A stretch of DNA of 64,000 nucleotides, taken from Antedon mediterranea. Lineage: Eukaryota > Animalia > Echinodermata. Both the position numbers and the translations under genes were made by a program. This document shows positions 29,501 to 43,616 of the stretch, one piece after another. The notes beneath the pieces are model-generated. The model saw only the letters and a list, made by a program, of their open reading frames with translations, did no database searches and was not told where the DNA came from. Location: positions 78,422 to 142,421 of the forward strand of contig NC_092678.1 of NCBI RefSeq assembly GCF_964355755.1. The letters run 5' to 3'. How positions within the stretch are numbered: position 1 is the stretch's first letter; each line of letters begins with the position of its first letter.

Positions 29501-32500
29501 TACAAGGTGATCATAGTCAGAAGGACAAATAACAAATAATATTACAACATCAAATGTACAAGGTGATCATAGTCAGTTTGAGCAAAGGACAAATAACAAA
29601 TAATATTACAACATGAAATGTACAAGGTGATCATAGTCAGTTTGAGCAAAGGACAAATAACAAATAATATTACAACATCAAATGTACAAGGTGATCATAG
29701 TCAGTTTGAAACTAGCACAATTCAATTATAAGATGTTACATAGAATACTGCCTACCTACAAACGGCTGTATCAGTGGAAAGTTAAGGAAACACAAACGTG
29801 TGACAAATGTGGAGAAATTGAAAATGAAAATCATTTGTTTTTTAGTTGTAGATTTATTCAGAAATATTGGAGGAAAATGCTTAGTATCTTTGTAAGTTTA
29901 AATCACAATAATATATCATTTAAACAATTAATACTAGGAATGGGAGATAAGCTAATAGATTATATTTACACTTTTGCAGCATTTACTATTTATAGAATAA
30001 AAATGTTATCTGCACTAAATAAGCCAGTGGGTAAATCTTTATGGAATTCATTTAAAAGCAATATGTTATATAACATTGAATGTGAAACATATAACAATAA
30101 AGAAACAAGTATAGAAAAATGGGTAGCTTTAAGAAATAAGATTATGATAATATAATTTCTAATTTGATACGATTAACCGAAAAAGAATTACAGTGATACG
30201 GGTTACTGGTGGTACTGAGTTATTATTGTTTTTTTTATCATGTATATAAATATATTGTATAATCCGGGTTGTAAAATGAAAACAAACAAATGAAAATGTG
30301 TGACCTATTTTAAAACGGGATAGATGACAATGATGATCCTGTCAAGTGTATAACAAAATATACGAAAATTAATGAAAAAAGGAGTAATACAGAATTCATA
30401 TATGTAAAAATGTTACTTATGAATTGTAACGACATTTACAAGTTAAATAATACGATTTTATGTAATATGAGATAATATGAATGTGAATAAAAGTGGTGTT
30501 TGCGCCACAAAAGAGAAAAAAAAAAAAAGGACAAATAACAAATAATATTACAACATGAAATGTACAAGGTGATCATAGTCAGGATGAGCAAAGGACAAAT
30601 AACAAATAATATTACAACATCAAATGTACAAGGTGATCATACCCTAGTCAGTTTGAGCAAAGGACAAATAACAAATAATATTACAACATGAAATGTACAA
30701 GGTGATCATAGTCAGTTTGAGCAAAGGACAAATAACAAATAATATTACAACATGAAATGTACAAGCTGATCATAGTCAGTTTGAGCAAAGGACAAATAAC
30801 AAATAATATTACAACATGAAATGTACAAGGTGATCATAGTCAGTTTGAGCAAAGGACAAATAACAAATAATATTACAACATGAAATGTACAAGGTGATCA
30901 TAGTCAGTTTGAGCAAAGGACAAATAACAAATAATATTACAACATGAAATGTACAAGGTGATCATACCCTAGTCAGTTTGAGCAAAGGACAAATAACAAA
31001 TAATATTACAACATGAAATGTACAAGGTGATCATAGTCAGTTTGAGCAAAGGACAAATAACAAATAATATTACAACATGAAATGTACAAGCTGATCATAG
31101 TCAGTTTGAGCAAAGGACAAATAACAAATAATATTACAACATGAAATGTACAAGGTGATCATAGTCAGTTTGAGCAAAGGACAAATAACAAATAATATTA
31201 CAACATGAAATGTACAAGGTGATCATAGTCAGTTTGAGCAAAGGACAAATAACAAATAATATTACAACATGAAATGTACAAGGTGATCCATAGTCAGTTT
31301 GAGCAAAGGACAAATAACAAATAATATTACAACATGAAATGTACAAGGTGATCATAGTCAGTTTGAGCAAAGGACAAATAACAAATAATATTACAACATG
31401 AAATGTACAAGGTGATCATAGTCAGTTTGAGCAAAGGACAAATAACAAATAATATTACAACATGAAATGTACAAGGTGATCCATAGTCAGTTTGAGCAAA
31501 GGACAAATAACAAATAATATTACAACATGAAATGTACAAGGTGATCATAGTCATTTTGAGCAAAGGACAAATAACAAATAATATTACAACATGAAATGTA
31601 CAAGGTGATCATAGTCAGTTTGAGCAAAGGACAAATAACAAATAATATTACAACATCAAATGTACAAGGTGATCATAGTCAGTTTGAGCAAAGGACAAAT
31701 AACAAATAATATTACAACATGAAATGTACAAGGTGATCCATAGTCAGTTTGAGCAAAGGACAAATAACAAATAATATTACAACATGAAATGTACAAGGTG
31801 ATCATAGTCATTTTGAGCAAAGGACAAATAACAAATAATATTACAACATGAAATGTACAAGGTGATCATAGTCAGTTTGAGCAAAGGACAAATAACAAAT
31901 AATATTACAACATGAAATGTACAAGGTAATCATAGTCAGTTTGAGCAAAGGACAAATAACAAATAATATTACAACATCAAATGTACAAGGTGATCATAGT
32001 CAGTTTGAGCAAAGGACAAATAACAAATAATATTACAACATGAAATGTACAAGGTGATCATACCCTAGTCAGTTTGAGCAAAGGACAAATAACAAATAAT
32101 ATTACAACATGAAATGTACAAGGTGATCATAGTCAGTTTGAGCAAAGGACAAATAACAAATAATATTACAACATCAAATGTACAAGGTGATCATACCCTA
32201 GTCAGTTTGAGCAAAGGACAAATAACAAATAATATTACAACATGAAATGTACAAGGTGATCATAGTCAGTTTGAGCAAAGGACAAATAACAAATAATATT
32301 ACAACATGAAATGTACAAGGTGATCATAGTCAGTTTGAGCAAAGGACAAATAACAAATAATATTACAACATGAAATGTACAAGGTGATCCATAGTCAGTT
32401 TGAGCAAAGGACAAATAACAAATAATATTACAACATGAAATGTACAAGGTGATCATAGTCATTTTGAGCAAAGGACAAATAACAAATAATATTACAACAT

Positions 32501-35500
32501 GAAATGTACAAGGTGATCATAGTCAGTTTGAGCAAAGGACAAATAACAAATAATATTACAACATGAAATGTACAAGGTGATCCATAGTCAGTTTGAGCAA
32601 AGGACAAATAACAAATAATATTACAACATGAAATGTACAAGGTGATCATAGTCAGTTTGAGATTTTGTATTATTACAAGTAGTTGCCAAAGTGATCTTTA
32701 CTTTCATGTTTTATATCTGAAAGAAATAAAAATGTAATAACCTTACCATTTGCTGTAGTCTATTGGAGTCCTTGTCTACATGCAATTCTGATGCATAGAA
32801 TACTGAAGTAGACGTTGTGTTCAATGTCGGTGCCAGCACCTTTTTAGCTGACATCATCTTTAATTTAGCAGACCGCATAAATGATGCACCCGTCCTAGAT
32901 GATGTGTCGGTGAAAGAGTTGGATCGTTCATGCTAATATCAAATAAAAAGTCAGAAGTCAACTGGAGAAATATAAATATGCAGAATGTAAATGATGTAAA
33001 ATAATGCTTACCTCCGTGCTTGTAGTGACATCATCATGCATCAAGTCAGCTTTTAATACACAGAACGTAAATGATGTAAAATAATGCTTACCTCAGTGCT
33101 TGTAGTGACATCATCATGCATCATGTCAGCTTTTAATACACAGAACGTAAATGATGTAAAATAATGCTTACTTCAGTGCTTGTAGTGACATCATCATGCA
33201 TCATGTCAGCTTTTAATACACAGAACGTAAATGATGTAAAATAATGCTTACCTCAGTGCTTGTAGTGACATCATCATGCATCAAGTCAGCTTTTAATACA
33301 CAGAATGATGTAAAATAATGCTTACCTCAGTGCTTGTAGTGACATCATCATGCATCATGTCAGCTTTTAATACACAGAATGTAAATGATGTAAAATAATG
33401 CTTACCTCAGTGCTTGTAGTGACATCATCATGCATCATGTCAGCTTTTAATACACAGAATGATGTAAAATAATGCTTACCTCAGTGCTTGTAGTGACATC
33501 ATCATGCATCAAGTCAGCTTTTAATACACAGAACGTAAATGATGTAAAATAATGCTTACTTCAGTGCTTGTAGTGACATCATCATGCATCAAGTCAGCTT
33601 TTAATACACAGAATGATGTAAAATAATGCTTACCTCAGTGCTTGTAGTGACATCATCATGCATCATGTCAGCTTTTAATACACAGAATGATGTAAAATAA
33701 TGCTTACCTCAGTGCTTGTAGTGACATCATCATGCATCAAGTCAGCTTTTAATACACAGAACGTAAATGATGTAAAATAATGCTTACCTCAGTGCTTGTA
33801 GTGACATCATCATGCATCAAGTCAGCTTTTAATACACAGAACGTAAATGATGTAAAATAATGCTTACTTCAGTGCTTGTAGTGACATCATCATGCATCAA
33901 GTCAGCTTTTAATACACAGAACGTAAATGATGTAAAATAATGCTTACCTCAGTGCTTGTAGTGACATCATCATGCATCAAGTCAACTTTTAATACACAGA
34001 ATGTAAATGATGTAAAATAATGCTTACTTCAGTGCTTGTAGTGACATCATCATGCATCAAGTCAGCTTTTAATACACAGAATGATGTAAAATAATGCTTA
34101 CCTCAGTGCTTGTAGTGACATCATCATGCGTCAAGTCAGCTTTTAATACACAGAACGTAAATGATGTAAAATAATGCTTACTTCAGTGCTTGTAGTGACA
34201 TCATCATGCATCAAGTCAGCTTTTAATACACAGAACGTAAATGATGTAAAATAATGCTTACCTCAGTGCTTGTAGTGATATCATCATGCATCATGTCAGC
34301 TTTTAATACACAGAATGATGTAAAATAATGCTTACCTCAGTGCTTGTAGTGACATCATCATGCATCAAGTCAGATTTTAATACACAGAATGTAAATGATG
34401 TAAAATAATGCTTACCTCAGTGCTTGTAGTGACATCATCATGCATCATGTCAGCTTTTAATACACAGAATGTAAATGATGTAAAATAATGCTTACCTCAG
34501 TGCTTGTAGTGACATCATCATGCATCAAGTCAGCTTTTAATGAACTTGTATTAAAACGTTGCTTCTTTTGTCGTCCTTTATGTAATGCCTGAACCAACTG
34601 TTGAATACTTTCCCAAACTCCAATATTTACTCCAACCTGACTCTGTCTACGCTCCTTCCTGTCCGCCTAAACATTAATCAATTATCATTAAACTGACAAA
34701 AATGAAAATATTAAATAACATTAAGCATCAAATTATAAAATTTACCATGAAACGTTCATATTTTACCTTGTAAAAGAATGCATCAAAGACAGCAGGAGCT
34801 TTAGTGTAGCTAAACCTGACAGTGATTCTCTTTCCATTATTCTAAATTAACAAACAATAATTCATGAATTTTTTCAAATGATAAAACTGTATACATGTTA
34901 GTTTACAGCCTGTACTATCTACATTGGAAATACGTACATGCTCAATTTGACCACGTAGTGCCTCTGTTGATGTGAAAGGCAGATGTTTGAGGGCGTCTTT
35001 GTTCATACTACGTCGGACAGCATTAAATGTAGAGCCAATAAGATACTCTGAAAATAGTTGTGGTATGTATTGGCTGCTGATGTCGTCACAAACCAGCTTC
35101 ATAACCTGAGAAATGATTAAAACATTTTAAAAATTAACAATAGTAGAATACTGGATCCTTCATGTGTAGATTGAGGTCATGTAAAATAGCTAGACGTTGA
35201 GACAGTCTTATGTCAACTTACCCTTTTGGTCAAAGCTGGATCCTTCATGTGCAGATTGAGGTCATGTAAAATAGCTAGACATTGAGACAGTCTTATGTCA
35301 ACTTACACTTTTGGTCAAAGCTGGATCCTTCATGTGTAGATTGAGGTCATGTAAAATAGCTAGACATTGAGATAGTCTTATGTCAACTTACACTTTTGGT
35401 CAAAGCTGGATCCTTCATGTGTAGATTGAGGTCATGTAAAATAGCTAGACATTGAGATAGTCTTATGTCAACTTACACTTTTGGTCAAAGCTGGATCCTT

Positions 35501-38500
35501 CATGTGTAGATTGAGGTCATGTAAAATAGCTAGACGTTGAGATAGTCTTATGTCAACTTACCCTTTTGGTCAAAGCTGGATCCTTCATGTGTAGATTGAG
35601 GTCATGTAAAATAGCTAGACGTTGAGATAGTCTTACAGTATGTCAACTTACACTTTTGGTCAAAGCTGGATCCTTCATGTGTAGATTGAGGTCATGTAAA
35701 ATAGCTAGACGTTGAGACAGTCTTATGTCAACTTACCCTTTTGGTCAAAGCTGGATCCTTCATGTGTAGATTGAGGTCATGTAAAATAGCTAGACGTTGA
35801 GATAGTCTTATGTCAACTTACCCTTTTGGTCAAAGCTGGATCCTTCATGTGTAGATTGAGGTCATGTAAAATAGCTAGACATTGAGATAGTCTTATGTCA
35901 ACTTACCCTTTTGGTCAAAGCTGGATCCTTCATGTGCAGATTGAGGTCATGTAAAATAGCTAGACATTGAGATAGTCTTATGTCAACTTACCCTTTTGGT
36001 CAAAGCTGGATCCTTCATGTGTAGATTGAGGTCATGTAAAATAGCTAGACGTTGAGACAGTCTTATGTCAACTTACACTTTTGGTCAAAGCTGGATCCTT
36101 CATGTGTAGATTGAGGTCATGTAAAATAGCTAGACATTGAGATAGTCTTATGTCAACTTACCCTTTTGGTCAAAGCTGGAGCTTTCATGTGTAGATTGAG
36201 GTCATGTAAAATAGCTAGACATTGAGACAGTCTTATGTCAACTTACCCTTTTGGTCAAAGCTGGATCCTTCATGTGTAGATTGAGGTAATGTAAAATAGC
36301 TAGACGTTGAGATAGTCTTATGTCAACTTACCCTTTTGGTCAAAGCTGGATCCTTCATGTGTAGATTGAGGTAATGTAAAATAGCTAGACGTTGAGATAA
36401 TCTTGAATTTTCTTTGAATGTTTGTACTAAGCCATCTTTACAGATGCTTACTTTGAACGCTTTACCTGATTGGTTATTGAACATACAATCACCTTGAAAA
36501 TTACAAAGTCAATGATCAATTATTTTAGGATTTTTATCAGGAGTGCCATTAATTCAGGAGGCCAATAATCAATAATGCCTTATTATTTTATAACAAAAAA
36601 ACTTTGAAACAAAAATCACATTAAAAAGCTTAAAATGAGAAAATGGAGACAATACTATTGATGGGGCACTGTATGATTGACTTTATGCATACATAACACA
36701 AAATGATGACGTTATACTTTACCATTTAAACTAGCAGTTCTTTCTCTAACAAAGTGTGTTAGGTTGTGAGAGTCTGTTAGTCCATCCGCGATTGGATGGT
36801 TTGAAACTTTATTACCATGTAATGCAATATGAAGACATGGGTTAATTTCTGGACTAACATTGACTAAATGAGACAGCTGTCCAGGAGAATAAACAAGAAT
36901 GTACCCATCTGTAAACAAAGTAATGTAACTATATAATTATAAATATAACTTAAGCATCATTTAATACCTATTCTCATCAATAAAATATATAACAAAATAA
37001 AACAATAAAAAATGTATAAAACAAACAATAAAAAATAATCACCTAAAGATGAAAAGTAAAGTTGAGCGTTTTCTGCAATTGAACGAGAAATGTCAGGAAT
37101 AGTGGCGTTGATAGTTAGCCCATGATGTACAACTAAGATCGTATACTTCATGTCAACTAGTTGTCTACCAACAGTCTTCTCATTGGACGTTGTTAAACCT
37201 TGTGTTCTCCAATCATCATTATCCGTATCATCTTCTGTACTTGACATTACATGTTGCTCATCAGCAGATGATTCTGATCTTGCCTTCTCAATAGGATGTT
37301 GGTAACACACACAAAGGGAACCCCCAGATTGATGTATAACTTCCATATTAAACTGTTTATCTGTTATTAAAACATATTAATGATACTCAAAAGGCAAATA
37401 CAAAATGTACAAATGTTTACAAAGATATAGCGTCATTCTTACTGTACCTGATACTGTTCTGCTTGGCCCACTAAATGTATATTCTTGTCTGAAATTTGAA
37501 TAAAATATTTTGAAACTACACTAGTTTGTTATACTCGTCAACATACAATAGTTTAACAGGATGAATCGCCCTCTATGGTGGAAAAAGAATAGTCTTCGAT
37601 TGACACAATGCACAAGGGAGCACCCTTAGAAAAATAAGTCATCTTTATTTACTTACTGTGAACATTCTGCAGGAATTGGCAAGTCCAATTTAATTTCAAA
37701 CTAAAACAATAATAATAATACTAATTAATTGATCAAGATACATTAGATGACTGCTGCTCATGTGTATGTTTTTTTTATTGTTATATAACAGAAGAAAACA
37801 TTTACATTGAATTTGTGTAAACAACATTCTTACCATCTTGGTGAAGTTATTGTTCTTATCATGATATTCATAACATTTGAGAACTAGGTACGGTTGAACT
37901 TCTGCAGATTTGGAATATTTACGACAAACAAAGAACAATCTTTGACAAGAAAGGTCCCATTGCGACCAGTAAAAGTGTTTCACTATCTCAGAAATTGTAG
38001 GCTGGCTACTTATCACCTGAAGATAATAATAAAGATTAATTACTATTTGCTACAGTGACAAAAACATGATAAGCATTTAAATAAAATAATACATAATAGG
38101 CTTACCACACCCATCTGGTCCACTCTTCCAAGTGGAATGTTATATAAAGCAATTGCTATTTGAAAAAAAAAACAAATATATTTTATTTTAAAATGATGTC
38201 ATTCTTTGAAGTCCTACATTTTCTACTTTGAACATTGAGTGCGTCAGCATGTAATAAGTCTTAACCATAGAATATACATCTTATATGTGCATTGTAGAAA
38301 ATGCAACATTTGGCATTTAAATTAATATTGACGTCTTTCTTACATTCTTGATGTAGGAACAGTATAAGTTTAGACTCTTTCATGAATGGTGAATTGCTCC
38401 ATAAAAACTGAACCTGTAGTTGATTTCGCCTCGAAATATTTAGGTCAAAAATTCTATTCTGAGGTTTTATTTCTGCAAGGTATGCACTGTACCGCTCTGA

Positions 38501-39542
38501 AACAAAGTACATAAAAATATAGTAACAAATACTTCCTGTAATTTGAAGTTTAGAAATAGCTAATTAGTGACGTATGGCTAGAATTGCTGCATAAAATATA
38601 TCATTTAATATAAATAATGTATATACCACTTTTGAATGACGATTTCCCAACAGGAGGTGATCGCTTACTGTTTGTGGACTTCACCATTGCTACAAAAGCC
38701 AACACACTGTGACCTTTATTTACACTGCAACTCACAATGTTCAACTGTTTATCATGCACAAACAATGTCTGTTAAAATTAAATAATATAAATAAATAATC
38801 TTTCAAACATTTTATTTATTTGCTTCACAATAAAACAAAAAAAGAGTAGCCCAAAAGAAAGCACAGCTTGCAACTAAAAAAACCAGTCAACTTAAAGCAC
38901 AGTATGAATTGTGTATGTAATTTGTAAACATAAAATACTAACAGAATGAGTTTGATTAGAAGGCGTATAGATGCCGACATGAGTAACCAGACAGTTGTCA
39001 GAGCTCAGATGTGACACATCATCCCAAACGTATATCACTTCCATTCCCCTTTCTTGACCAACAACTTTAACACATATCTTATTTTCGGGGAAACCTGAAT
39101 AAATTTGACAACAATTATGACAAAAAAGATATACCGTATAAAGTAAAAATTATCGGTATTATAGCGCGTCATTCCTCCAAGTCTGGGACTAAGTATTCAA
39201 GTAAAGTAACACTTAACTTATTATTAACTAATATTTTTATTAGTATGGGCATATCATTTATAAAGTTATATGAATTCATGATCACGGGAAAACTTGATAT
39301 AACGCCCTCTTGAGTCTTAGGCAGCACGTAGTAGGCCTAGATAGAGTAGGCGGCGGCTGGGTAAAGTAAGCCAAGTCCCTAGGATTCGAGGTCTAATTTT
39401 GGAGCCTAGCTAGCTGCCTAAATATTCAATAAGGTGAAGGCTTGACTAACTTACAATGATTAGCATGATGTTCACGTCTTTGCTTTTTAACATAATTTAG
39501 AATATCCCGTTCTACATCAAAACAGCAAGTGAATTTTAACAT
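26566..39542 (-). CDS. GSAP: Gamma-secretase-activating protein / pigeon homologue, about 22 exons
   Basis: MLKFTCCFDVERDILNY..., LNIVSCSVNKGHSVLAF, AEIKPQN..LQVQFLW, IVKHFYWSQWDLSCQRLFFV and CFPFPPGFQT resemble recalled GSAP segments; internal exon boundaries approximate. Confidence 0.82.
26724..26938 (+). mobile_element. Retroposon 3' fragment with an (AAAAT)n tail in the last GSAP intron
   Basis: GC-richer body, tail gaataaaataaaataaaataaaa, A-rich flanks (possible TSD aaataaaaaa). Confidence 0.55.
27325..27615 (+). mobile_element. Second, diverged copy of the tRNA-derived SINE
   Basis: gcggccgagcggttaagacggtggaaccgtaa...tataaactgtaggtccagtgt...gagtagggggttaccccggtgt aligns by eye to 6009-6225; 3' tail differs. 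Confidence 0.8.
27612..27797. repeat. About 93-bp duplication containing a GSAP donor
   Basis: Minus ...CACTCAAAGATGATT|GTAAGAAC twice. Confidence 0.88.
27870..28365. repeat. 41-bp minisatellite, 12 copies, filling a GSAP intron
   Basis: tagtaacatgttagtgcttttataacacaagtctttatact; minus strand carries CACTAAC. Confidence 0.95.
29078..32661. repeat. 64-bp minisatellite (about 10 + 33 copies) interrupted by a LINE fragment
   Basis: aaaggacaaataacaaataatattacaacatgaaatgtacaaggtgatcatagtcagtttgagc; abuts the GSAP acceptor at 29074. Confidence 0.95.
29710..30528 (+). mobile_element. 5'-truncated non-LTR retrotransposon (L1/Tx1-like): ORF2 C-terminal zf-RVT, 3' UTR and poly(A)
   Basis: FNYKMLHRILPT..LYQWKV...CDKCGEIENENHLFFSC...W (CCHC zf-RVT); stop at 30155; aataaa near 30486; poly-A 30515-30528. 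Confidence 0.88.
32981..34541. repeat. 74/80-bp minisatellite, about 20 copies, containing a GSAP donor
   Basis: Minus unit ATTAAAAGCTGACTTGATGCATGATGATGTCACTACAAGCACTGAG|GTAAGC. Confidence 0.95.
35151..36399. repeat. 85-bp minisatellite, about 15 copies, containing a GSAP donor
   Basis: Minus unit ...CACATGAAGGATCCAGCTTTGACCAAAAGG|GTAAGTTGAC. Confidence 0.95.
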
Positions 39543-42500
39543 GATTTGTGCCACAACAAAAAACAACTATCAACTCAAACTCAAATAACTATTAATATTA
39601 TTGTCACGTGCAGGAGGAGTCATTCAAGTGGAACGATACTTAGGACCTTTAAAGGTTAGCTGCGGGCAAAAAAATTCTATTGATCATACATTCCAATAAT
39701 TATCGATCTTTAGTTTCCCCTATGTTTCATAATTTTTTGGATTTTATTTGTGTTACACGAGCTTGTTGAAAATAAGCACTTTCTTATCAGTTGGGGGGAT
39801 AGTTCAAATTACACTATTCTTTTGTACACATATTTTGTAAATAGAGAGGCATTTTAAAAAGCTATGAAAAATAAACGGTGTGGTAAAAAATGTTATCAGA
39901 TGACTAAATATAGGTAATATAACTTAATATTACATTTCTGATATTTTCATTCAACTTCAGATTTTTATTTTCATGCTATAGCAAAAATTATCCACTGTAT
40001 ATCCACCATCTTTTTTCACCGTCTAGGGAGTCATCAGACATGTTATTACATTAGGTTAACTACCTGAAAAAATGTCTTTCTTGTTTTTATGGAAGAATTT
40101 TGCCAATTTTTGTATTTGACCATATTAAGGGAAATTCATGTTTTTTTGTCTCGATTTCTGTTACAAATATTTTATTTATGTACAATTAACCAAATATTAT
40201 ATTTAAAATTCATGCCTGTACCTGAGCTTTAAGTCCTAGTACAGTATAGAGGCCTACTATCCATAAAATAATAATATTCTCAGTAATAATATTGTTTTTT
40301 ACAACAATATCAATTTAAAACACTAACAAGTACATAGCCCATCAGAGTTTGAATGCGCATTCAGCAGGGGGAAATTACGCACAGAAATTGTGAAGTTGGG
40401 GGGGTGGGAAAAGAGACGTGTGAAGAGGTGGCATGTGAGGGAGCAGCAGTTGACTTTGTATGAATGATCCATGTTTAGCAGTAGTAGAATCACTGATCAA
40501 AATAGTACAGTGTGAATTCTATCTATTGCCAAATATAGACCACTACTTCGAACTAAAACTAAAACGTCTCGACTCCAGAAGGTTGGTGGTTGACATGTTT
40601 TCTAATTCTGCCATGATGAATATAAATGTATTCCTATTTGGTGCTAGCATTATTTGCTGGCGTATAAAGTACAGCAAATTGTGCCAGTGCCAAATAGCAA
40701 CACACTCCACGTCCAATATGCCGCAACACGGTGTAGGCCTACCATCCGCCATATTTAATTTCTTTCAATAACTTTTAAAAATACAAGTCATAATATCACG
40801 TTTAAATTAATGTGAAGACTGTAATATCTGAATGGTACAACATTACCTCGTTTTGTTTTCTCGTATTTCATCCATTACGATTTCTTTGTCATAATTACTT
40901 ATATCTTTCCTCTTAAATATAATTATCCTCTATAATATTAAATGTAGTTAAGTGTCCTAATCTTTTTGTCCAAGTGCTTTATGTTTAATTCGCCATGCTC
41001 TCCCATTCAAGTCTTTGTCGTCATAATGGCCAATTATGTCCATTGAAGGACTGCAGCCTCCAGCCTCCTGCCTCCGCTTTAAGCGAATTCTATGCAACAA
41101 ATTTGCCAACTACCTTATATGCAAATTATACACATTTACATATTACTGAGCATCTGCATTATATCTTTTAGAATGTTGGTGGTAGATTATATATAAGGAT
41201 TATAATATGGACCGTAGGAAGAGTGACCTACTCTTATTCTTATTAGACCCAAACCATTATCATTTATCATAATTTAATTTCGAGATAAATGAAGAACATT
41301 GTGTTTAGTTGACTAATAGGACATATGGGTCTTGGTTGATTGCTGTAGTACAATGAGTGCTAATTAGCTTTACAAGGACTTCAATTAGCTCTATTGAATA
41401 CGCCAAACTAAAATGACGTCATCCTGCGCCCTCGACCAACATTATTGAACATTCATAATCACACACTTTAATAGGCCTTTTTTTAACGATATATTATTAT
41501 ATAGAATAATTTACATATTTGAATGAAAATTTGAACTTTTAAATGGTATTTCATATTTTAAATTGTATTAATTAAAGAAGTTCCACAATTAATGCATTTA
41601 TTCATTCTCCGAAAACAAAACTAGTTTCCTTAGGCAACCAAATAAGACACTCTATTTTTAACTATTGACAGCGGTAGTCAGAAAGTTTCAGTTAGTATTG
41701 ATATTTTAAAGGTTCTCTTTCAGACATCGAGATGTGGGTGGGTTAGTGTCCATATCTTGCTTGTAGAGTCTAACCAAATGACCCTTAATCTGTGACATGA
41801 CATCGTCAACGGGCCCTAAGTTAATCTGTGCCGTCAGCTTTACAATTTAAACACACTGACTCTTTACAAAACAAACTACTACATTAAATCACCTGTTTTG
41901 TTATGTTAATAATAAACCCACTGGTGAACACATGTGCCTGAAACACAAAGGGATCCTGTATGACTTTTAATTTGCCTGCATCTGTTTTTATTTAATGCTT
42001 TTAAAGTAAATAATGGGAGTAGATTCAATAGCGGCCGGCAAGTAATCTGCCATCGATATATAATGTGGTGTGAAATTTTAATCTAATAAGAAATAAATGA
42101 AAAAGAACATTAAATCAAACATAACATCAAGTTACTTTTTTCGTTTTATAAATTAATTTTTTTTCACTTTCGAAAAAAGGTTAGATGCACCGTTTGTGTT
42201 TTTATCTTTAAAAGTCTGTGGATGAATACATTATTCCTAATGTAATTATATCATAGAGGTATCATATAGTTCACTGTAATATCTATAGTCTTTCAATTGG
42301 TTAAAAGTAATACATTTTTACAAACTAGTACCAGGGAGATGTTAATTAGCTAATTAACAACTCCCTCTAGTACCTTAAAATATAATAATTAAACATGGAG
42401 GTAAATGTATAGATTATAAAATATTATAACGAATTCAAATTTAACATTTTCAATCAAAAATAATCTGATATCAACGAATAACAAACAAAATGTTTTCATT

Positions 42501-43616
42501 CGAAAGTTAAACTCTGATTTAGGCCCTACTTCAATTAAGAAAAAAAAACATTACCAATTGGTTTAAAATAAAAAATCAAAATACTTACGGCTAGCGCGCA
42601 GACGATCTTTTTTTTTTCTGTAGGTACAACTACTCTTCTGAAAATCATCATAGTACTGCGTCAGGTTGTTCTTGGTTGAATGCCGACATCAACCACTGGT
42701 TTCAAAGAATGACAATCTTTTCTCTTTGTAGGCTTCTTTGTATCTTGCGTCTAATCAACTACAGAGCGAGAAACCTTACCAAATTTAAATAACAATTATG
42801 TTGGCTGCAGTGATGAGCTTTCTCAATAATTGCCCACAAAGTAATTACGTAACACATCATTGTAATGCTTGCACCTCATGTAATCATGTCACGTGTTTTG
42901 TCCAATTAGGCTCGACTTTTTAGTTCAATATTTAGGGATACTAAAATACAAATTATCTGTAAAAAGGAATAAGGACCACTTCTTTTTCTTCTGTCACGTT
43001 GGTACCCCGACCCTCCCCTGCTGGTGCGTTCCCGTTCTGTACTGAGTTTAAGAGTAGGAAATATTATATTATGCGCAAATGCTCTACAATTATCAGAATT
43101 ATTAGGCGTTTAGTAAGTACATATACTTACTTACAGAACAAAAAAATCGATATATTGGTGATGTCACAAATACTTATTACAATCTCGAGTTCTTTGTATC
43201 TTCAATATGCGCAATATTATATAGCACGCCCTCTGTTGCTCCCTCTTTATTTTCAAGTACAGTATTTCGCTCAGTTAATTCTAAACTTTATTTTAGTTAG
43301 ATTAAACAATAGGACTTGATTGACAGTTGGCTTTGAGAAATAAATGACTGAAATGTTTCACACTTTTCGTTAGAAACAAAGACACTGGTGAATAGGCTTG
43401 TATTCAATTAGTACTAATTACTGACATGGTTGCCAACTAAACAACCAACCAATGTCTAATTATAAATATAATGAACTCATTTCTAGCAAAAACCAACATA
43501 AAAGTCAAAATAGAATATTATTAATGAGCTTTATTTATTCACACATACTCTATGATGGAACATAATACAATGTATGAATGAATCATTATCAGATTTTAGT
43601 TTCAGACTTTGGCTAT

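Noticed and set aside
31134-32649. Four near-identical 73-78-aa ORFs
   Set aside because: Higher-order periodicity of the 64-bp array.
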